Assembly (NCBI GenBank): GCA_051313645.2
Contig: JBNRSN020000019.1
Coordinates: 33,728,001 to 33,792,000 of the forward strand
Length of the DNA: 64,000 nucleotides
Direction: 5' to 3'
Source: Centroscyllium fabricii
Lineage: Eukaryota
Position numbers and translations under genes: made by a program. Of the stretch, positions 53,030 to 64,000 are shown piece after piece. How positions within the stretch are numbered: the stretch's first letter is position 1; every line of letters starts with the position of its first letter. The notes beneath the pieces are model-generated. The model was given only the letters and a program-made list of their open reading frames with translations. It searched no databases and had not been told where the DNA came from.

Positions 53030-54830
53030 CCCTCTTCACAATGCTTTTTCCTAATCTACTGCTCCTACGTAGTCTGTCCCCTGTGGCTGCAGCAGGTTCG
53101 GTGGAAGGCTGCTGAGTGTCGGTGCCAGAAACAACAGATGGCCTTGCAGGACGCCCTCGAGCAGCTCTGAGCCTGGAAGGCCCGGCTGTACATGGCACCA
53201 TCTCAGACTGGGCGGTGGCAGCCTGGCCTGGCTGGATAACAGGCAGTGACAAGGGCAATGGCAGAGTGGGAGCAGGAATGCAGTCATCCTGAGAGGACAG
53301 CAGGTTCCTGCTCCACTGACCCACTGCCACTCCCCCGAGGCAGCACCTCAGCATCCCTACTAATCCGCTGGAGCACAGATTGCTGGCCTGCTGCAACACT
53401 GAGATCCCCGGTAGACTGTGGTGGACCCAGCGACGATGGCAGCAGTCAGAGCTTGCGTGGCAAAAAGCTGAGACTGCACAAGGGCAGTCAGAGTCTCGAT
53501 GGCAGCAACCATTGATTGCATTACAGCACTAAGACGTTACATGGCTTCTGCCTGTGCTGCAATGAATGCTGCCACATCGCCCATGATATGCGGCATGAGG
53601 TCTGTGTCCCCACGGTCTCTCAGGGTGTCCACCATCCTTTGCAGACTGCCAAGGATGGGCTCCATGGTGTGTGCAGAGCTCTGCAATGTTGAAGGTGAGC
53701 TCCTCCACACTCCTTACCATTGCTGACAGGCTCTCGGGCACCCTTGCCATTGCACCTAACATCTCGGTGTGCATGCCCATCACCCTTCTTGTGATCGAGG
53801 TTCTCATCGGAGTCCTGTGCAGCAGAACTCACCCTCCGGGAAGCTGGCTTTCCCCCTAGCCTTGCTGCAGCCCTCTCATCCCCGGTGCATCACCCAGTGC
53901 AGACCCCGCTACTAAACTTGGCTCTAAAGATCGCGCAGTCCCAGTATCAGAGGTGGTGCCGGCGGGTGAGAGATGCAGTGACGTGGGGCTTTGCTCCTCC
54001 TCTTCTCCCGCCTCACTCTCACTGGGAGGCTCAGGGACAGGCTGGTCATCTGGTTGCTGATTCTCTGAAAGCATAAAGACACAAGACTCATGTTTAGGAC
54101 AGGACAGGGGGGCAGGAAAACAGCAAGGAATGCAGACAGTATAATGAGCTGGAAAGTGGGAAAGGCTTGTGGTGAGAGGGGGAAGGGGATGAGAGGAGAG
54201 GGGATGAATGTACCATTGTGATCCGCAAAGGGGTCGACAACGCCAATGGTCACGGCGCCCAATGACTCTCAGCACTCACTCCTCCAGGTCTGTAAGCTGT
54301 TGGATGTCGCTTCACCTTCACCTGTTCATTCCTGCTCCCTCCTATTGTGGCCCAGCATGGCCTGCAAGAGAAAGGAAAGTGTTTGAGTGAGTGTGCAGCT
54401 GTGTGTTTGGGAGATGTGCCTGCCATAGTTGAATAGCTGTGATTGTAGGCAAGGCGTGAGTTGTGGATGTAAGTTTGAGTAGGTGGAGAGGCTTGGTGGG
54501 TGAGTGGTGGGGGTGTGGTGGTCTGTGCAGTGTGTACAGACTGAGGTTCAGATGCTGGTATGTCGGACTTGTTGAAGCATATACTCACCCTGACCACCCG
54601 AGTGAGGTCGTTGAATTTTTACGGCACTGTCTGAGGGTCCTGAGGACCACACTGTTGGCTGAGAGATCCTGGGCCACTTCCCTCCACATTGCCCTGAAGA
54701 CCTGGGGCAATGGCCTCCTGCCAGTGGCCAGGAACAGCACTGCCCTCCTTCTTTCGACTGCTGCGACCAATGCCTTCAATGCCTGGTCACTGAAACGGCG
54801 AGCTCTCTCCCTGGGACTGGGATCATCAAT
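53030..54830 (-). pseudogene. Harbinger Myb/SANT-like DNA-binding protein gene, spliced and decayed
   Basis: RERARRFSDQALKALVAAVERRRAVLF...MWREVA...RTLRQCRK. Donor AGG|GTGAGT ~54588, acceptor TCTCTTGCAG ~54362, donor ~54213, acceptor GCTTTCAG ~54065. Confidence 0.8.
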
Positions 54831-55424
54831 GAGGAAGAGGTTTCGCTGTTGAGTTGCTAGGAGCTCGACTTCAGAGCCAGCAATGTTGAGAATGAGGTTG
54901 TGCAAAATGATTGAACCTTCCCTTTAAGAACTGGAAGGAGCCAATGTGAATGATGAGTCCTGACTGGACTGCACCTGAAATTGGTTATCGCTCTGCGGGT
55001 AGCGCCCTGCTCTCTGTGTGTAGTGCCCTAAGTGAGGTGATTAGTGCTTGATTTAGCGCTCCAGTTCTCTCTTGGAGCGCTAACAATCAATTTAGCGGGA
55101 GGTCAGAAGGATTAATGCCTGGCGCTAATCGTCCAACCTTTTATAATTTAGCGCCCCAACTGGAGCGATACCGAATTTCTGGCCCTTGGATCCTAAAAGT
55201 TTTGAGGCTATGCATACATACCAACCTAGAACAGTGTCTTTGGCTTATGTCCTAGCTTGATATGATTAAAAGCCTTTGTCAGGTGAAAGCAGGACATAGA
55301 CTTGTAACTTAAGCTGTATACCAAACAATCCTTACTTTTAAGTACATAAAAGCTTGACAAGAGCTTTAAGTATTATTGCTACCAGATTTATTTTTAACTA
55401 GGGGAGTCCTCAGAGCAGTCCCCC

Positions 55425-55709
55425 TGTGGTAAACCACCATATTGTATATATTGTATAATGTCTCCCCCTTGTGTCTCCTCCTTGTAATTACAGTGCCTGT
55501 ATATAGTTTGCAACTTCTTGTCTGGGAGGACTCAGCTCCTCAGCTTCCCTTCCAGGCTCCACCTACGTACCTGGGTATAAATCTGCATGCACACTCTTTC
55601 GCTTTCACTTTAACCATGAAGATCGGCCAGACCTGGTACTAACAGTTCTAAGCTAATAAAAGCCTCGGTTGCATCAAACCATCGACTGGTAGTAATTGAT
55701 TGTGCATCA
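55425..55709 (+). mobile_element. solo LTR (related to 34231-34523)
   Basis: TGTGGTAAACCAC...GTAATTGATTGTGCATCA; TATAAA ~55576, AATAAA ~55655; flanks CCCCC/CCCCA. Confidence 0.85.
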
Positions 55710-55833
55710 CCCCACTCCCCAGAAAATGTAGATTTTTTGGTATTTATGTTAAATGTCTTATACGAGGTGATCGCCACCCCAAACAGTAACAGATCAAACT
55801 CACTTTTGAAAGAATACAGCCAATCAGCATTCA

Positions 55834-58327
55834 CTGCACAAACATTGTTGCTGAACGGCGCCTATGGCGTGGTCCGAGGCATCCGTCATGAGCGACAGTG
55901 GAGCTCCCGGAATGGGGTGGGTCAAAAGCGTGGCCTCAGCCAAGGCCGACTTAGCGAGGCAAAAGGCCTGAAGCATATCCGCGGACCACTGAAGGCTATC
56001 CTTACTGGTCTTGCCCCTGGTAGCCTCATACAAGGGACGCATGATGGAGGCTGCCTGAGGAAGGAAACGGTGGTAGAAATGAACCATTCCAAGAAATTCC
56101 TGGAGTGACTTAACAGAGTTAGGCTGTGGAAAATCCGCAACCGCTTGTACCTTGGAGCGCAAAGGGATGGCTCCCGCCGGGGAGATGTGATTCCCAAGAA
56201 AGTCAATCTCAAGGCAGCCGAATTAGCATTTGACTGGGTTGACAATTAGGCCGTGGTGGGCCAATCTCTGAAAAAGAGAGCGCAGGTGTATCACATGTTG
56301 CGATTCGTTAACACTAGCAACTAAAATATCGTCGAGATATACAAACAAAAAGTCCAAGTCCCGAAGGACAGAGTCCATCAAACGTTGAAAAACCTGTGCA
56401 GCATTCTTTAACCTGAAAGGCATGCGCAAAAATTCAAAAAGTCCGAAAGGCGTAATAACAGCTGTTTTTTGAATGTCATCCAAATGCACCGGGACCTGGT
56501 GATACCCTTGGACGAGGTAGATCTTGGAAAAAATGGTAGTGCCCACCAAATGGGCCAAAAAGTCCTGAATATGAGGCACCGGGTATCTGTCCGGCGTGGT
56601 GACATCATTAAGGCATCGGTAATCACCACATGGTCTCCAACCACCTCCTGGCTTGGGGACGATATGGAGTGGGGACGACCACGGACTGTTGGATGGCCAA
56701 ATGATCCCTAACTTCTCCAGGGCAGAGAATTCTTGCTTGGCCACCACCAACTTCATGGGATCGAGACGTCTGGCTCTGGTGAAAACCGGTGGACCAGTAG
56801 TGGCGATATGATGCAGGACGCCGTGTTTGGTGGTACCGTCGGAGAAAGTCGGCTGAGTGAGGGCCGGGAATTCGGCCAGCAGACTTGCGTACTTGTCGCC
56901 CGGAGGAGAGCAGGAGCTAACATAGGGTTCACCATCACCTCGCTGGCAGGGAAACGAAGCGAAAGTGGAAGCGTCCATGAGATGTCTGCCCCGGACGTCC
57001 ACGAGCAGGCCGTGGACACAAAGGAAATCAGCGCCCAGCAATGGACATTCTATGTTGGCCGTGATGAAGTCCCATGCAAAGCGTTGGTCGCCCAGTCGGA
57101 TTTCAGCGCGCCGCTTACCAAATGTGGCTATAGCTACGCCATTTACGGCTACGAGTAGTGGGCCGCTGTGGCCAGACCGTCGATCGGCCCGCGTGGCTGG
57201 TAAGATGCTGAGCTGGGCCCCTGTGTTGCAGAGGAATCGTTGGCCAGACAGAGAGTCTGTAATGTGAAGCAACTGACCTGCTGTGCCCATGGCGTTAGCG
57301 GCGGCTGGGCCTTGGCGGCGTGGCTGATTCGAAACCTTGGGCTTGGGTTGGTCCAGTTTTCCGTCGAAGGAACAAGGCGGTCGGCAGCGATGGGCATTCG
57401 GGCCGAAGCATGCGTGATAGTAGCAAAGCTCCGACCGAGGTCAGGGTGTTGGCTGCGGCGAGAGGGTTGGGGGCCTCGTGGCGGCGCTCATGTTAGGCGT
57501 GCAGAGGCAGATGCGGTCTGCTGCGGCGGCCAAATTGGCATAGTCTTCACCTTTGGAAATTTGCCAATGCTGACTGCACTGGTGGTGGAAGCAGGTTGAT
57601 GAAGAGTGCCCTAAACAAAGGGCACTCCCTGTGGTCGCCAAGCAGGGCGAGCATCCGGTTCATTAAACGCGTGGGCGTGGAGTCGCCGAGAACCGGGAGT
57701 TCTAGAAGTTGCCGGGCCCGCACGGCCTCCGGTAGATCGTGGGCCTGCAGCAAGCGCTTCTTCACAGCAGCGTACCTGTTGTCTGTCGGCGGGTTGCAAA
57801 GCAGGTCGACTATGCCGGCGGCGACGTGGCTCGGCAGGGCTGCAACCATGAGGAGATAGCGGTCCTCATCTTGGGTGATGCGTCCTAGGCGGAACTGTGC
57901 AACCGTTTGTATAAACCAAGCGGCAGCTTGGTGTTCCCAGAAGGGAGGGAGACTTGTGGTCGACAGCCGTTCGGTCTGGCTGGCCGCTGCGGGCGCGTTC
58001 GGGTCAGCATTATCTCTGTCTGACATGTCGGGGTCACCAATTGTGGGGAACCTAAGTTTCCCACTCTTAAATACTTGATAAACGGAGGAAAGCAGCGGAG
58101 CAAAATGCAACAAGTCTTTATTCGATCACAGCAATGCAGAACTGAGAGAAAAAGCGTGAAAACGCAAAGCACTGTGGGGGCTGTTGAGTGACAGCCCTAC
58201 GGACCAATGAGGGACAGCAACCATTGACCTAACTGACCAATAGGGGAACGGGGGCGGGCCCACTCGGGTGAAGGTGTATTCTAGGTCTTAGAGAGCTCGG
58301 ATGAGTCTCTCTGGTAGTTACACTACA
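55834..58327 (-). mobile_element. Ty3/Gypsy LTR retrotransposon, 5' half (LTR, PBS, gag, protease, RT, start of RNase H)
   Basis: LTR 58327-58042 (TGTAG...CCACA); PBS TGGTGACCCCGAC (tRNA-Trp type); gag LPPFWEHQAAAWF; protease FLCNTGA; RT SPWSSPLHIVPK...YLDDILV; RNase H TDASDHAIGAV; frameshifted, no integrase or 3' LTR. Confidence 0.92.
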
Positions 58328-58900
58328 GCTTTATGGCATTTGCCATGAACCTTCAGAGATTGATGTATTAAAATATCCAGGTCTCTTTCTTTCACCATTG
58401 GCTTTAATTTTTTTCCCTGTAGGGTGAATGTATGTTTAGTGTTTGTCCTACCCACATACATAACACTACACTTTTCCAAGTTAAACATAATTTGTCAAAC
58501 ACAGGTTCAATCCCAAGCACATATAGATCTGCTTGTTAAGTAGTTAAGTATCCTCGACAGTTCTAACTCTTGCACATCAATTAGTATCATCTGCAAACCC
58601 AATACCTGGATCATTAATGGAAATAATAAATAGCAAAGATCCCAACATCGATCCCTTGGGGACACCACTGGTAACCAGCCCCTCAGCAGATCCAAATCCA
58701 TTGACAGCCGATGGCCATTCTAACAAATCTCAATCCACAACAGCAGTTTACCACTAATTCCACATAATTCGATCGAGTAGAGAAGTCTTTTATGCAGTAG
58801 ATATAAACCTTTCTGAAAGTCCAGGTAGTCACTGTCTACCAGGCTACCCTGATCCACTAACCTGGTAACTTCTTAAATAAAGTCAATCATATTGTTAAGA
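58328..58900 (-). mobile_element. old CR1 RT fragment (host of the Gypsy insertion)
   Basis: Minus-strand GTTACCAGTGGTGTCCCCAAGGGATCG and TTTGCAGATGATACT (FADDT) remnants. Confidence 0.7.
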
Positions 58901-58917
58901 TGCAACATTCTTATATG

Positions 58918-59119
58918 TAAGAAATCACACAACACCAGGATATAGTCCAACAGCTTTATTTGAAATCACAAGCTTTCGGAGCGCTGCTCCTTCATCAGGT
59001 GAAGGAGCAGCGCTCCGTAAACTTGTGATTTCAAATCAAGCTGTTGGACTATAACCTGGTGTTGTGTGTGACTTCTTATATTTGTCCACCCCAGTCTAAC
59101 TTCGGCATCTCCACATCAT
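58918..59119. mobile_element. fold-back Penelope-pLTR-like element (second copy)
   Basis: Same family as 32235-32422, opposite orientation; flanked by TGCAACATTCTTATATG / TGCTACATTCTTATATG. Confidence 0.8.
58966..59002 (-). ncRNA. putative minimal type I hammerhead ribozyme
   Basis: TCAC-CTGATGA-A-GGAGC(AGC)GCTCC-GAAA-GCTT-GTGA: stem I, catalytic core, stem II and palindromic minimal stem III. Confidence 0.6.
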
Positions 59120-60194
59120 TGCTACATTCTTATATGGGTGTCCCTGATGTGGCTTTCTGTCTAAATGGTCATACAGTGCATCCCTAATGGTCTTGTGGGG
59201 AGCTTTTTGTTAAAATATATTTTCCTAAATTTTCTCCACTTCTCTCCTAGTGTTGGCTCTTGCTGGGTGATAGTTTCCAACAGATGCCAGCATGTTACAT
59301 CACCCACACGTATTGGGGCAGCTCCCAGATGGGCACAAAAAGTGGCAAAAGGAGTTAGAGACAAATAGAGATGACAGCAACAAACAGAAAGCTACAGAGA
59401 GAGAAAGAAAGAGCAGACAAAGATACAGAGGCAGACAAAAATAAGAGTGGGACACAAGTAGAAAGTGACTTGTGTTTTACTTTTGTATGTGCACAAAGCC
59501 ATAGGAGACAAACTAATGTATTATAAAAACTAACGTGTTCAAAGTAGCAACACATCTCAGGTTGGTAAATTTCAGGCTGGTAAACTGATATCACCTCAAC
59601 TATCTGAAATTCACTCCAGACACTGCACGGGTCCTGTAATATGCTGGCATCCATGGAACAATAATCCAGCAAGAGCCAACACCAGAAAATCAGGAACAAA
59701 TAAACAAAAAAAACTCTAATAAAATCATGAAAATTAATTTGGCTATCCCTACTTTGTTGGAGACCAATATCTCTACCAGCATCAGATCGGAAGGTTAGCA
59801 TGGAATTTGACTTTGGTTGCTAATGTACATAATGAGTGGTGTCTGATGGATTCAGGGCCATTAGGATGATATAAAGCAAGGTTATGCAATGCCTTCCCAA
59901 AATAATATTTACTGACACAAATAAGTGATATGAATATTTAATGAGGAACAAGGCCATGAGTGAGTTTCAGTCAACTACGTGAATCAAACAAAATATGTAA
60001 TTTACAGGGAAGGGCTTGATTTTTTAAAAAGAAATCAAACTTAAGTTTTGAATATGAATTTTTGAGAGTCTTGCGTTTATATCTTTAAAACTAGGGAAGG
60101 ACACGTGTAATTATTCCAAACCAGTGACTGATGTCATCATGTCACTTTGAGGAAGCAACTGGAGGCAATATGGAAAATATTTGGCTTACGAATG

Positions 60195-61970
60195 TGTAAG
60201 GGGACACCTTGGATAAGTTTCACGATCTTTATTCAATCTATCGTGCCTGACCAACCTGATAGAATTCTTTGAAGAGGTGACCAAGAGTGTGGACGAGGGA
60301 AAGGCGGTTGATGTCATATACATGGACTTCAGCAAGGCGTTCGACAAGGTCCCGCACGGTCGGCTCATGAAGAAAGTAAGGAGCTGCGGGGTGAGCAACA
60401 AAGTGGTGGGATGGATTGAGAACTGGCTGGCTCAGAGGAAGCAGAGGGTAGTGGTAGAGGGCCAATACTCGGGTTGGAGACCGGTCACCAGTGGGGTACC
60501 ACAGGGGTCGGTGTTGGGGCCACTACTGTTTGTAATCTTCATCAATGACTTGGAGGAGGGGACTGAGGGGTGGGTCAGCAAATTTGCGGATGACACAAAG
60601 ATTGAGGGAGAAGTGGATGAGGAGGAAGGAAGTAGAAAGATTCAGAGGGATATAGACAGGATGCAGAGCTGGGCTGAAGAATGGCAAATGGAGTTCAACA
60701 CGGGAAAATGCGAGGTGATGCACTTCGGTAGGGCAAATAGGAAGAGGGAATATAGGGTCAACGGCAGGGTCCTGAGTGAAGCAGAGGAGCAAAGGGATCT
60801 GGGAGTATATGTACACAGATCACTGAAGGCTGCCACCCAGGTGGACAAGGCAGTAAAAAAGGCCTATGGTGTATTGGCCTTCATCAACAGGGGAATAAAG
60901 TTTAAGAACCGGGAGGTCATGCTGCAGCTGTACAGGTCACTGGTGAGACCACACTTGGAGTACTGTGTGCAGTTCTGGGCACCGTACTACAGGAGGGATG
61001 TGGAGGCGCTGGAGAGAGTGCAGAGGAGATTTACCAGGATGCTGCCGGGAATGGGGGGAAAGTCATACGAGGAACGGTTAAGGGAACTGGGACTCTTCTC
61101 CCTGGAACGGAGAAGGAAGAGGGGGGACTTGATAGAGATGTTTAAAATGATGAAGGGGATCGATAGAGTAAACGTGCAAAGACTGTTTCCCCGGGCGGGA
61201 AGAACGACAACAAGAGGACACGAGCACAAGATTCAAGGAGGAAGATTCAGAAGGGATGGCAGGGGCAAGTTCTTTACACAGAGAGTGGTCGGGGAATGGA
61301 ATAGGCTACCATCTGAAATAGTGGATGCGGACAGTCTGGGTGCTTTTAAAAGGATGATAGACAGGTACATGGAGGGGAAGGAACAGTAGGGGGGACAGGA
61401 AAAATCAGAGGCGGACTAAGGGCGGCACTACATTGAGGGCCCAAGGGCCTGTACAGTGCTGTATGTTCTATGTTCTATGTTCTATATATGCATGGGGAAA
61501 ATCTCAGTCTCATCCTAGAGAAAGGATTCTTCCACCGAGTATCAAATACGTACAGCAATTATACCCTAACTTGAGGCGTGCACCCCTTTTACGCTCATTG
61601 ATTGGTCTACAGAATCATGCTTGGATAATCTGTATGTCCTGTCTCATCTTAAGCAAGGACACAAGACCAGCTTATTAGTTTTACAATTCCTGCCTTATCA
61701 GGGTCCTACATTCCTAAACAAGGATAAGAGACAAACTTATCAGCTTTCTAGTTTCCACTCATTTTAATTCCAAGAAGGTATCGTTTCTTCTAACTTTTAA
61801 TTCTAAGAAGTCATTTTTGTCCCCTTACAAATGCATATGCATGAATAAAAATCGTTTAACTTATCGAAGGCGTCCGTTTGGTGAATTTGTGGTTGCTATA
61901 GGGCAAGTGTTGACCCATTATCTCAGGGGGTCCGCTTGAGAGGAGGGAAGGCTTCTCTTTTACCCCAACA
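60195..61970 (+). mobile_element. solo LTR (~530 bp) interrupted by a CR1
   Basis: TGTAAGGGG...CCCCAACA with 4-bp TSD AATG/AATG; AATAAA at ~61844. Confidence 0.65.
60241..61485 (+). mobile_element. young 5'-truncated CR1 LINE with open RT frame
   Basis: Uninterrupted >370-codon frame (YMDFSKAFDKVPH, GVPQGSVLGP, FADDTK, RPHLEYC) and (TGTTCTA)n tail. Confidence 0.93.
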
Positions 61971-62330
61971 AATGTAATTATCTATGCAATCATTTTTGTC
62001 AAATGTGTTTATTAATTCACTGGTTAACACAAAAAAGGTGACGAGAACGATAGTCACAAGTTCCTCATTGCATATTAGCTCAGCAATATTTGTTACTGTT
62101 TCAGCAATTATCTGCAGTAGAAATTGTACTTAAAATTATTTAACCCAGAAATCAAATAACAGCTTGTTAGTAAAAATGCAGGTTGCAAACTAAAAGATTG
62201 AGGAATTATAACAGCAGATTGATAAGGTTCAACAATTATGGTAGCTTAATTGGACTGCCATGAATTTGAGATTATTGACAACTGTAAAGTACTGCTCCAT
62301 AATACTCAAATGTTATGGTCTTCCTTTCAT

Positions 62331-62726
62331 ACATAGAAACATAGAAACTAGGAGCAGGAGTAGGCCATTCGGCCCTTTGAGCCTGCTCCGCCATTCAATG
62401 AGATCATGGCTGATCATCCAAACCCAGTACCCCGCCCCTGCCCTTCTCCCCATATCCCGCGCGAGCCTGCATCGACACATATCCCACCCTATCCCCGTAA
62501 CCCCACATATTCAATCCCCCTAACACTAAGGGTCAATTTATCCTGGCCAATCAACCTAACCCGCACATCTTTGGACTGTGGGAGGAAACCGGAGCACCCG
62601 GAGGAAACCCACGCAGACACGGGGAGAATGTGCAAACTCCACACAGATAGTACCCGAGGCTGGATTTGAACCCGGGTCTCTAGTGCTGTGAGACAACAGT
62701 GCTAACCACTGTGCCACCGTGCCGCC
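62331..62726 (-). mobile_element. HE1-like V-SINE, full length
   Basis: Reverse complement of 14559-14953. Confidence 0.9.
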
Positions 62727-63244
62727 AATAAGATCTCAAGTAGCAGACATTTATTGCAGAAACTTTTTGCTTCTATCTACCTTCCGAATAGACTGGATTT
62801 TGAAATCTGCATTCAACACCTTAATTTCTGGATATACTTTTATGCCGAGGAAAGTCCTGCTCACCTCTCAGCACATGAAACTTACACTGTTGGATCTTAT
62901 TAAATATCTCAACTTGTGTAGAACCACAATGTGGAAAGGGAGCTGGTTAGCCCAGCAGAGTGACTTACTAATAAGCTGCATCACAAAATGGTGGGATGTC
63001 TATTTCCACTAAGTTCTTAATCTTCATCAAGCCACTGAAGGAAGTGGGCAAGCAACAGCAGGGTGTTTTCCCACAAATAGCAATGTCAAATCAAATGACA
63101 GAATATCCTGGGGTGATCCTTAGACAAAGGTCATGACCTACCTTTCAGCTGTGAATGGTATAATAAAGGAAAATTCTTCTTAGCATGGATAGTTATTAAA
63201 CAAGAATGTGACGTTTTTGTTTTAATGTGTAATGTTTACATTTG

Positions 63245-64000
63245 CTGAAATAACAACAGAAAATGCTGAAAATACTCAGCAAGCCAGGCAGCATCCGTGG
63301 AGAGAGAAAGAGAGTTAACATTTCAGGTCTGGGACCCTTCATCAGAGCTGGAAAAAGCTGGAGATGTAACAGGTGCAGAGACAGGGGGTGGGGGGTTTAG
63401 GAGGGGAGGAAGGAATTGAAAGAACATACTGTGCTTATGTAAGAGGCAGGAAAGATAAAATGTTGCAAATGGGAATGGCAAATCATACAGCATGAAAAAT
63501 GGGGGCAGGGATTATTATCTGAAATTATTGAACTCGATATTGAGGCTGTAAAGTGCCTAATCGAAAGATGAGGTGTTGTTCCTCGAGCTTATGTTGAGCT
63601 TCATTGGAATGATGTAATACGACGAGGACAGAGAGATCAGAGTGGGAGTGAAGCGGAGAATTAAAGTGACAGGCGATCGGAAGCTTCAGGGTCACCCTTA
63701 CGGACTGAACGGAGGTGTTCTGCAAAGCGGTCGCCCAACCTGCGTTTGGTCTCCCCAATGTAGAGGAGACCACATCGGGAGCACTGAATACAGTATATTA
63801 AATTGCAAGTAGTATAAGTAAATCACTGTTTCACCTGGAAGGGGTGTTTGGGGCCCTGGACAGTGGGAAGGGAGGAGGTAAAAGGGCAGGTGTTGCATCT
63901 CCTGTGCTTGCACGGGAAGGTGCCGGGCGAAGGAGAAGGGCTGTTGGGGTGATTGACGAGTGGACCAGGGTGCCGCGGAGGGAGTGGTCCCTTCTGATGC
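63245..64000 (-). mobile_element. Penelope-like element 3' part (runs off the window)
   Basis: Colinear with 19150-19880; GIY-YIG region and pLTR with AGCT-CTGATGA-AGGGTCCCAGACCT-GAAA-TGTT-AACT. Confidence 0.9.

Larger units (their letters stand above)
50880..55185. mobile_element. PIF/Harbinger DNA transposon, full length, decayed
   Basis: TIRs CGGAAAGAAATTCGG / CCGAATTTCTGGCCC, 3-bp TSD TTG/TTG, convergent transposase and Myb/SANT genes. Confidence 0.9.

Noticed and set aside
55425-55709. 3' LTR of the adjacent Gypsy element
   Set aside because: No similarity to the 58042-58327 LTR, opposite orientation and its own TSD.
60277-61389. host reverse-transcriptase gene
   Set aside because: 5'-truncated CR1 ORF2 with a microsatellite tail and no proper start.

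Overview
Eukaryotic (vertebrate) genomic DNA, most likely from a cartilaginous fish, judged from HE1-like V-SINEs, a SacSINE1-like DeuSINE and shark-type CR1/Penelope repeats. The only host protein-coding sequence is the single coding exon of LRRN3 (45358-47487, +, 709 aa). In other vertebrates LRRN3 is nested antisense in a large IMMP2L intron; no IMMP2L exon was recognised here. The rest is AT-rich intronic DNA densely filled with transposable elements. These include CR1, L2 and Rex1 LINE fragments; tRNA- and 5S-derived SINEs; Penelope-like elements and short derivatives carrying minimal hammerhead-ribozyme motifs; a full-length but decayed two-gene Harbinger transposon with several MITEs sharing its termini; Tc1/pogo-type MITEs; a truncated Gypsy element; and three solo LTRs. 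Several insertions are nested. The most notable signals are about 200-bp fold-back elements with long target-site duplications, one holding an intact hammerhead core; a 5S-headed SINE-like element with a Rex1-type tail; and MITEs loaded with NRF1/YY1 or CTCF-like motifs. All calls are by eye; repeat boundaries are approximate unless a TSD or TIR is quoted.
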